From IMG/VR virus record IMGVR_UViG_3300029095_000166: a DNA stretch of 4,627 bases. The stretch is one strand, 5' to 3'. The notes beneath the pieces are model-generated. The model had not been told where the DNA came from. It worked only from the letters and a program-made list of their open reading frames with translations, and did not search any database. Shown piece after piece: positions 1-4,627 of the stretch. The translations under genes were made by a program, and so were the position numbers. How positions within the stretch are numbered: position 1 is the first letter of the stretch; every line of letters starts with the position of its first letter. This DNA is from a virus (Duplodnaviria; Heunggongvirae; Uroviricota; Caudoviricetes).

Positions 1-2153
1 CGGGGGCAGGCACACCGCGCCGGGCTGTGGCTGATTAAAACAGAACTGCTGGAAACGCAGACCGTGGATTTCAGCGTCGGCGCAGAAGGGCTTCGCCATG
101 TACCGGGCGATGTTATTGAAATCTGTGATGATGACTATGCCGGTATCAGCACCGGTGGTCGTGTGCTGGCGGTGAACAGCCAGACCCGGACGCTGACGCT
201 CGACCGTGAAATCACGCTGCCATCCTCCGGTACCACGCTGATAAGCCTGGTTGACGGGAGTGGCAATCCGGTCAGCGTGGAGGTTCAGTCCGTCACCGAC
301 GGCGTGAAGGTAAAAGTGAGCCGTGTTCCTGACGGTGTTGCTGAATACAGCGTATGGGGGCTGAAGCTGCCGACGCTGCGCCAGCGACTGTTCCGCTGCG
401 TGAGTATCCGTGAGAACGACGACGGCACGTATGCCATCACCGCCGTGCAGCATGTACCGGAGAAAGAAGCCATCGTGGATAACGGGGCGCACTTTGACGG
501 CGACCAGAGCGGCACGGTGAATGGTGTCACGCCGCCAGCAGTGCAGCATCTGACCGCCGAAGTCACTGCAGACAGCGGGGAATATCAGGTGCTGGCGCGA
601 TGGGACACACCGAAGGTGGTGAAGGGCGTGAGCTTCCTGCTCCGTCTGACCGTGACAGTGGATGACGGCAGTGAGCGGCTGGTCAGCACAGCCAGGACGA
701 CGGAAACCACATACCGCTTCACACAACTGGCGCTGGGGAACTACAGGCTGACAGTCCGGGCAGTAAATGCGTGGGGGCAGCAGGGCGATCCGGCATCGGT
801 ATCGTTCCGGATTGCCGCACCGGCAGCGCCGTCGCAGATTGAGCTGACACCGGGGTATTTTCAGATAACCGCCACGCCGCATCTTGCGGTTTATGATCCG
901 ACTGTACAGTTTGATTTCTGGTTCTCGGAAAAGCGGATTGCGGATATCAGGCAGGTTGAAACCACAGCACGCTATCTTGGCACGGCGCTGTACTGGATAG
1001 CCGCCAGTATCAATATCAAACCGGGCCATGATTATTATTTTTACGTTCGCAGTGTGAACACTGTTGGCAAATCGGCATTCGTGGAGGCTGTCGGTCAGCC
1101 GAGTGATGACGCATCCGGCTATCTGGATTTTTTCAAAGGAGAGATAGGGAAAACACACCTGGCTCAGGAGTTGTGGACGCAGATTGATAACGGTCAGCTT
1201 GCGCCTGACCTGGCTGAAATCAGGACNNNNNNNNNNNNNNNNNNNNNNNNNNNNNNNNNNNNNNNNNNNNNNNNCAGAGTGCAGCGATCCAGCAGATACA
1301 GAAGGTTCAGGTTGATACAAATAATAACCTGAACAGCATGTGGGCTGTGAAGCTGCAGCAGATGCAGGACGGGCGCCTTTATATCGCGGGTATTGGTGCC
1401 GGTATTGAGAACACCCCTGACGGCATGCAGAGTCAGGTGCTGCTGGCGGCGGACAGGATTGCGATGGTTAATCCTGCGAATGGCAACACAAAGCCGATGT
1501 TTGTTGGTCAGGGCGATCAGATATTCATGAACGAAGTGTTCCTGAAATATCTGACGGCTCCCACCATTACCAGCGGCGGTAATCCTCCGGCATTTTCCCT
1601 GACACCGGACGGGCGGCTGACGGCGAAAAATGCGGATATCAGCGGTAACGTGAACGCGAACTCCGGGACGCTCAACAATGTCACGATTAATCAGAACTGC
1701 CGGATTCTGGGAAAACTGTCAGCCAACCAGATTGAAGGCGATATTGTTAAAACGGTGGGAAAAGCCTTTCCGAGAAATGGCAGTTATGCCAGCGGTACAA
1801 TAACGGTCACTGTGTACGATGACCAGGCTTTTGACCGTCAGATAGTAGTCCCCCCCGTTCTGTTTCGTGGGGGTAAGCATGAAAACTTCAACAGCAACAA
1901 CCAACAGTCATACTGGTATTCAACCTGTAAGCTGCAGGTACTGAAGAACGGACAGGAAATCTTTCAGCAACCCGCGACGGATGTCAGCAGGGTATTTTCA
2001 TCAGTCATTGATATGCCTGCCGGACACGGCCATGTCACCCTGACTTTCAATGTTTCTTCATATGGTGCTAATAACTGGACGCCAACGACCAGTATCAGCG
2101 ACCTTCTTGTTGTTGTGATGAAGAAATCTACAGCCGGTATCAGTATCAGTTGA
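1..2153 (+). CDS. J: Host-specificity / central tail fiber protein J (lambda gpJ family), 5'-partial; reading frame interrupted by the N run at 1227-1274
   Basis: The ORF is open from base 1 (frame of 64..1332) with no stop, so the gene starts upstream of the window. The translation (..[69 protein letters not shown].., FN3-like segments such as [32 protein letters not shown]) matches my recollection of lambda J and its E. coli prophage homologues. After the N run the J-like sequence continues in a different frame from 1275 ([41 protein letters not shown]...[20 protein letters not shown]...) to TGA at 2151-2153. The ORF-track pieces 64..1332 and 1338..2153 are therefore one gene; the tail after the X run in the first piece (RVQRSS...) is a frame artefact. 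Confidence 0.9.
1227..1274. other. Run of 48 N (assembly gap or masked bases) inside the J coding sequence
   Basis: Directly visible. The flanking J frames differ (pre-gap codons start at positions congruent to 1 mod 3, post-gap at 0 mod 3), so the true missing segment must have a length congruent to 1 mod 3 if J is intact. Confidence 0.95.
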
Positions 2154-2171
2154 ATTTTATAACCCAGATAC

Positions 2172-2200
2172 GGGTGCCAGAAATGGCGCCTTTTTTATTT
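2172..2200 (+). terminator. Putative intrinsic (rho-independent) terminator between J and the side tail fiber gene
   Basis: GGTGCC (2173-2178) can pair with GGCGCC (2185-2190) as a 6-bp GC-rich stem with one G.U pair and a 6-nt loop (AGAAAT), followed immediately by TTTTTTATTT (2191-2200). It lies 19 nt after the J stop codon. Judged by eye, no folding energy computed. Confidence 0.45.
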
Positions 2201-2202
2201 GT

Positions 2203-2206
2203 GGAG
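2203..2206 (+). promoter_or_regulatory. Shine-Dalgarno-like GGAG for the side tail fiber gene
   Basis: GGAG lies 5 nt upstream of ATG 2212. Confidence 0.5.
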
Positions 2207-2211
2207 TGAAT

Positions 2212-4233
2212 ATGGCAGTACAGATTTCAGGCGTGCTGAAAGACGGTGCAGGAAAACCGATACAGAACTGCACCATTCAGCTCAAAGCAAAACGTAACAG
2301 CACCACGGTTGTGGTGAACACGGTGGCCTCAGAAAATCCGGATGAAGCCGGACGTTACAGCATGGATGTCGAGTATGGCCAGTACAGCGTTATCCTGCTG
2401 GTTGAAGGTTTTCCGCCTTCACATGCCGGGACCATCACCGTGTATGAGGATTCTAAGCCGGGGACATTGAATGATTTTCTGGGCGCTGCAACAGAAGATG
2501 ATGTTCGTCCGGAGGCACTGTATCGTTTTGAAAAGATGGTGGAAGAGGCGGCACGCAACGCTGAAGCCGCCTCTCAGAGCGCAGCGGCAGCAAAGAAATC
2601 CGAAACAGCAGCGGCATCGTCCAGGAACGCGGCGAAAACATCAGAGACGAATGCAGGTAACAGCGCGAAAGCGGCAGCTTCTTCAAAAACAGCCGCACAA
2701 AATGCAGCAACAGCGGCAGAACATTCAGAGACAAATGCCCGTGCGTCAGAGGAAGCCTCCGCAGACAGTGAAGAGGCTTCCCGCCGTAATGCAGAGTCAG
2801 CCGCTGAAAATGCCGGAATCGCCACCACAAAAGCGCGGGAGGCCGCAGCAGACGCAACAAAGGCCGGGCAGAAAAAGGATGAGGCTCTGTCGGCAGCGAC
2901 ACGAGCAGAAAAGGCGGCAGACCGCGCAGAAGCCGCAGCGGAAGTGACTGCAGAGCCCTATGCGAATATAGTGCCGCCGCTGCCTGATGTATGGATACCG
3001 TTTAACGATACACTGGATATGATTACGGGGTTTTCGCCATCATATAAAAAGATTGTTATTGGTGACGATGAAATAACAATGCCAGGCGACAAGATTGTTA
3101 AGTTTAAACGTGCTTCAACAGCAACGTATATTAATAAGTCCGGCCAACTCAAGCTTGCTGAAGTTGATGAACCGCGATTTGAGCGCGATGGCTTATTGAT
3201 TGAAGGACAGAGGACAAATTATCTGAGGAACTCAAATAAACCAGACTCATGGACTGTTCATTCCGCACTGAATAAAACATTTGGCACTGATAAACAGGGG
3301 TTCAATTATGCCACGGTGACACCCACGGAAAGTATAGTGGGAACAACAGGTGGCTATACTGTGCATGGTGTGGTTGCAGCAGACAGATTCCCGCTGGCAA
3401 GTGGTGAATGTTTCACTTTTTCGTGCCGGGTTAAAGGCGCTAAAGCACGATGCAGGTTAAGAGTTTCAGTTATTATTGGTGGAACAGATACCTTCTCTGC
3501 TGACTCTTATCTTGATCTGGATACCCGGATCGCAACAGTAAGCGGTAATACATCCCTTATAACAGCCAAAGCTGAACAACAGGGCGAGTGGACCTACTAT
3601 GAGGCCACTTATACAGCTAATACGGACATTGATACCGTTAACTGTGCTTTTTATATGACAAATAAAATAAGTAATGAGCCATTCTATGATGACTCAACAT
3701 TAACCATGACGACGCCGCAAATTGAACTGGGCAATACGGCATCGTCATTTATTGTAACTACAATGCCAACAACACGCGCAAGTGATGTGGTTACTATCCC
3801 CTCGGAGAATAACCTGTCAACACGGCCTTTTACGGTATTGTGCGAAGTAAGGAGGAACTGGAGTACACCGCCCAATGTTGCGCCAAGGATATTTGATGTT
3901 GGAGGGCACAGTATTGATGATAATTATTTATCGCTGGGGTTTGTTTCAACAGGAAAGATAAGCGCCAACGTAGGAATGGTTCAGCCACAAATAGCCGCAG
4001 ATGGAGAAAGGTTCATTGTGGGGGTGAGAGCTAAATCCGATTTATCAGTAAATGCAATATGCAATGGTAATTATACAACAAACCTTAATGGTAAAATATT
4101 TGGCATTACAGCAACATCGTACCGGTTTGGTGGGCAGACCGCAGCAGGAACGCGTCATTTGTTTGGACACATCAGAAATTTCAGAGTCTGGTTTAAAGAA
4201 TTAAATGACAGGCAAATAAAGGAGGCAGTATGA
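2212..4233 (+). CDS. stf: Side tail fiber protein, mosaic: lambda Stf-like N-terminal domain and Ala/Ser/Thr/Glu-rich shaft fused to a distinct C-terminal lectin-like receptor-binding module (674 aa)
   Basis: The N-terminus MAVQISGVLKDGAGKPIQNCTIQLKAKRNSTTVVVNTVASENPDEAGRYSMDVEYGQYSVILLVEGFPPSHAGTITVYEDSKPGTLNDFL closely matches my recollection of lambda Stf (orf401). I chose ATG 2212, preceded by GGAG, over the GTG at 2206 reported in the ORF track because Stf homologues begin MAV.ISG. A shaft rich in SETNA-like quasi-repeats follows (about 2540-2950). The C-terminal part (from about 2950) has no resemblance to the lambda Stf / T4 gp37-type distal region and ends with LFGHIRNFRVWFKELNDRQIKEAV, which resembles the terminal beta-strand motif of LamG / concanavalin-A-like jelly-roll domains. 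Stop TGA at 4231-4233. Confidence 0.88.
   Translation: MAVQISGVLKDGAGKPIQNCTIQLKAKRNSTTVVVNTVASENPDEAGRYSMDVEYGQYSVILLVEGFPPSHAGTITVYEDSKPGTLNDFLGAATEDDVRPEALYRFEKMVEEAARNAEAASQSAAAAKKSETAAASSRNAAKTSETNAGNSAKAAASSKTAAQNAATAAEHSETNARASEEASADSEEASRRNAESAAENAGIATTKAREAAADATKAGQKKDEALSAATRAEKAADRAEAAAEVTAEPYANIVPPLPDVWIPFNDTLDMITGFSPSYKKIVIGDDEITMPGDKIVKFKRASTATYINKSGQLKLAEVDEPRFERDGLLIEGQRTNYLRNSNKPDSWTVHSALNKTFGTDKQGFNYATVTPTESIVGTTGGYTVHGVVAADRFPLASGECFTFSCRVKGAKARCRLRVSVIIGGTDTFSADSYLDLDTRIATVSGNTSLITAKAEQQGEWTYYEATYTANTDIDTVNCAFYMTNKISNEPFYDDSTLTMTTPQIELGNTASSFIVTTMPTTRASDVVTIPSENNLSTRPFTVLCEVRRNWSTPPNVAPRIFDVGGHSIDDNYLSLGFVSTGKISANVGMVQPQIAADGERFIVGVRAKSDLSVNAICNGNYTTNLNGKIFGITATSYRFGGQTAAGTRHLFGHIRNFRVWFKELNDRQIKEAV
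2560..2950 (+). repeat. Low-complexity quasi-repetitive coding region (Ala/Ser/Thr/Glu-rich fiber shaft)
   Basis: Protein-level degenerate repeats (KKSETAAASSRNAAKTSETNAGNSAKAAASSKTAAQNAATAAEHSETNARASEEAS...) and DNA-level near-repeats such as tcagagacgaatgc (about 2640) and tcagagacaaatgc (about 2725). The composition bias leaves alternative frames on both strands open (spurious ORFs 2453..2902-, 2471..2947+, 2574..2828-). Confidence 0.6.
4220..4225 (+). promoter_or_regulatory. Shine-Dalgarno AGGAGG for the coupled small ORF
   Basis: AGGAGG lies 4 nt upstream of ATG 4230, inside the 3' end of the fiber gene. Confidence 0.55.
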
Positions 4234-4508
4234 AAGATTTAACTTTGAAATTTCCTGGTAACAGAGAGTTTAAATCCTTCCTGTCATCTCTTGACTGGGA
4301 GGAAGATGAAGACCTCCAGAATAAACTGTTAGTTGATGAAATTGGTTTCACCTACACAGAAACAGGGGTAACAGAAGAGGGAGAACCTGTCTGTATCCGG
4401 AATGACGGTTATTTTGTCAACATTCGCATCCTTGATGACGCGTTTGATGTTTCTGTATTCTCTGATTATGTTGTGGAGCTGGAAACACCGCTTCGTGAAT
4501 GGAGCTGA
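4230..4508 (+). CDS. Hypothetical small acidic protein (92 aa), translationally coupled to the side tail fiber gene; function unknown, candidate fiber accessory or chaperone
   Basis: The ATG at 4230-4232 overlaps the fiber stop TGA 4231-4233 (ATGA arrangement) and has a strong upstream AGGAGG. The ORF is 92 codons, AT-rich like the fiber C-terminal module, and strongly acidic (about 22 Asp+Glu against about 8 Lys+Arg, counted by eye). It does not match my recollection of Tfa family chaperones, which are about 190 aa. Confidence 0.65.
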   Translation: MKDLTLKFPGNREFKSFLSSLDWEEDEDLQNKLLVDEIGFTYTETGVTEEGEPVCIRNDGYFVNIRILDDAFDVSVFSDYVVELETPLREWS

Positions 4509-4509
4509 A

Positions 4510-4515
4510 AGGAGG
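4510..4515 (+). promoter_or_regulatory. Shine-Dalgarno AGGAGG for the downstream membrane-protein ORF
   Basis: AGGAGG lies 5 nt upstream of ATG 4521. Confidence 0.55.
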
Positions 4516-4520
4516 AAATA

Positions 4521-4627
4521 ATGGATATAAGCCCCTTACTTCATGCACTTTGTGCTGTGGCTGCGCAGGTACTGGTTGGTCTTTTTACCGGGAACTGGGC
4601 TTACGGAGCGATAGCCGGTTGTACGTT
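4521..4627 (+). CDS. Hypothetical hydrophobic (probably inner-membrane) protein, 3'-partial (first 35 codons only)
   Basis: ATG at 4521 with a strong AGGAGG upstream, starting 12 nt after the stop of the small acidic ORF. The translation MDISPLLHALCAVAAQVLVGLFTGNWAYGAIAGCT is dominated by hydrophobic and small residues, consistent with a transmembrane helix. The ORF runs off the window, so product identity is unknown. Confidence 0.5.
   Translation, partial: MDISPLLHALCAVAAQVLVGLFTGNWAYGAIAGCT

Noticed and set aside
285-566. Minus-strand ORF (93 aa) inside the J gene
   Set aside because: It is fully embedded antisense in a long coding region with a recognisable J-like translation and has no RBS or homology; it looks like a chance ORF in GC-rich DNA.
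1275-1332. C-terminal tail of ORF 64..1332 after the X run ([18 protein letters not shown])
   Set aside because: This is an artefact of reading through the N run in the wrong frame; the J-like translation continues in the frame of 1275/1338.
1719-1904. Minus-strand ORF (61 aa) inside the J C-terminal region
   Set aside because: Antisense to the conserved J coding sequence, with no supporting signals.
2206-2211. GTG at 2206 as the fiber start codon, as given in the ORF track (MNMAVQ...)
   Set aside because: ATG 2212 gives the MAVQISG start that matches Stf homologues and is correctly spaced from GGAG 2203-2206; the GTG would overlap the RBS.
2355-2947. Overlapping ORFs in alternative frames and on the minus strand (2355..2558-, 2453..2902-, 2471..2947+, 2574..2828-), including a very basic Gln/Arg-rich 158-aa frame
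   Set aside because: All lie within the low-complexity shaft region of the fiber gene, where codon bias leaves other frames open; the + frame with the Stf-like translation is the real one.
2958-3875. Minus-strand ORFs 2958..3152 and 3684..3875
   Set aside because: Short antisense ORFs inside the fiber gene with no start signals; chance ORFs.
4230-4508. Tail fiber assembly protein (Tfa) call for the ORF downstream of the fiber
   Set aside because: It is half the length of Tfa proteins and shows none of the Tfa sequence features I recall, so it is reported as a hypothetical acidic protein.
2950-4627. Diversity-generating retroelement targeting the fiber C-terminus
   Set aside because: I could not see a template-repeat copy of the fiber C-terminal coding sequence or any reverse-transcriptase-like ORF in the window; the downstream ORF is acidic, unlike the small basic Avd protein.
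2950-4627. Invertible fiber-tip segment (Mu G / P1 C / e14 Pin-type)
   Set aside because: There are no opposite-strand fiber-tip or chaperone ORFs, no obvious flanking inverted repeats, and no invertase gene in the window.
1-4627. CRISPR arrays, tRNA or rRNA genes, IS elements
   Set aside because: No regularly spaced direct repeats, no tRNA-like cloverleaf candidates noticed, and no transposase-like ORFs; the whole window is accounted for by phage tail genes.

Overview
This window reads as the tail-tip and side-fiber region of a lambda-like (lambdoid siphovirus) phage or prophage, most likely in an enterobacterial host; every gene is on the + strand. It contains: (1) the 3' ~2.1 kb of a gene for the host-specificity / central tail fiber protein J, running off the 5' edge of the window and interrupted by a 48-nt run of N (1227-1274) that breaks the apparent reading frame; (2) a short intergenic spacer with a hairpin plus T-tract that looks like an intrinsic terminator; (3) a 674-aa side tail fiber gene whose N-terminus and Ala/Ser/Thr/Glu-rich shaft resemble lambda Stf but whose C-terminal ~430 aa is a different, AT-richer module with lectin / jelly-roll-like motifs; (4) a 92-aa, very acidic ORF translationally coupled to the fiber gene (ATGA overlap) that does not resemble the usual Tfa fiber-assembly chaperone; (5) the first 35 codons of a hydrophobic, probably membrane, protein running off the 3' edge. 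I see no tRNA, rRNA, CRISPR array, transposase or integrase. The most interesting part is the fiber receptor-binding module with its coupled acidic ORF and the adjacent membrane-protein gene, which may form an uncharacterised receptor-recognition / accessory cassette. All homology statements rest on my recall of the protein families, not on a database search.
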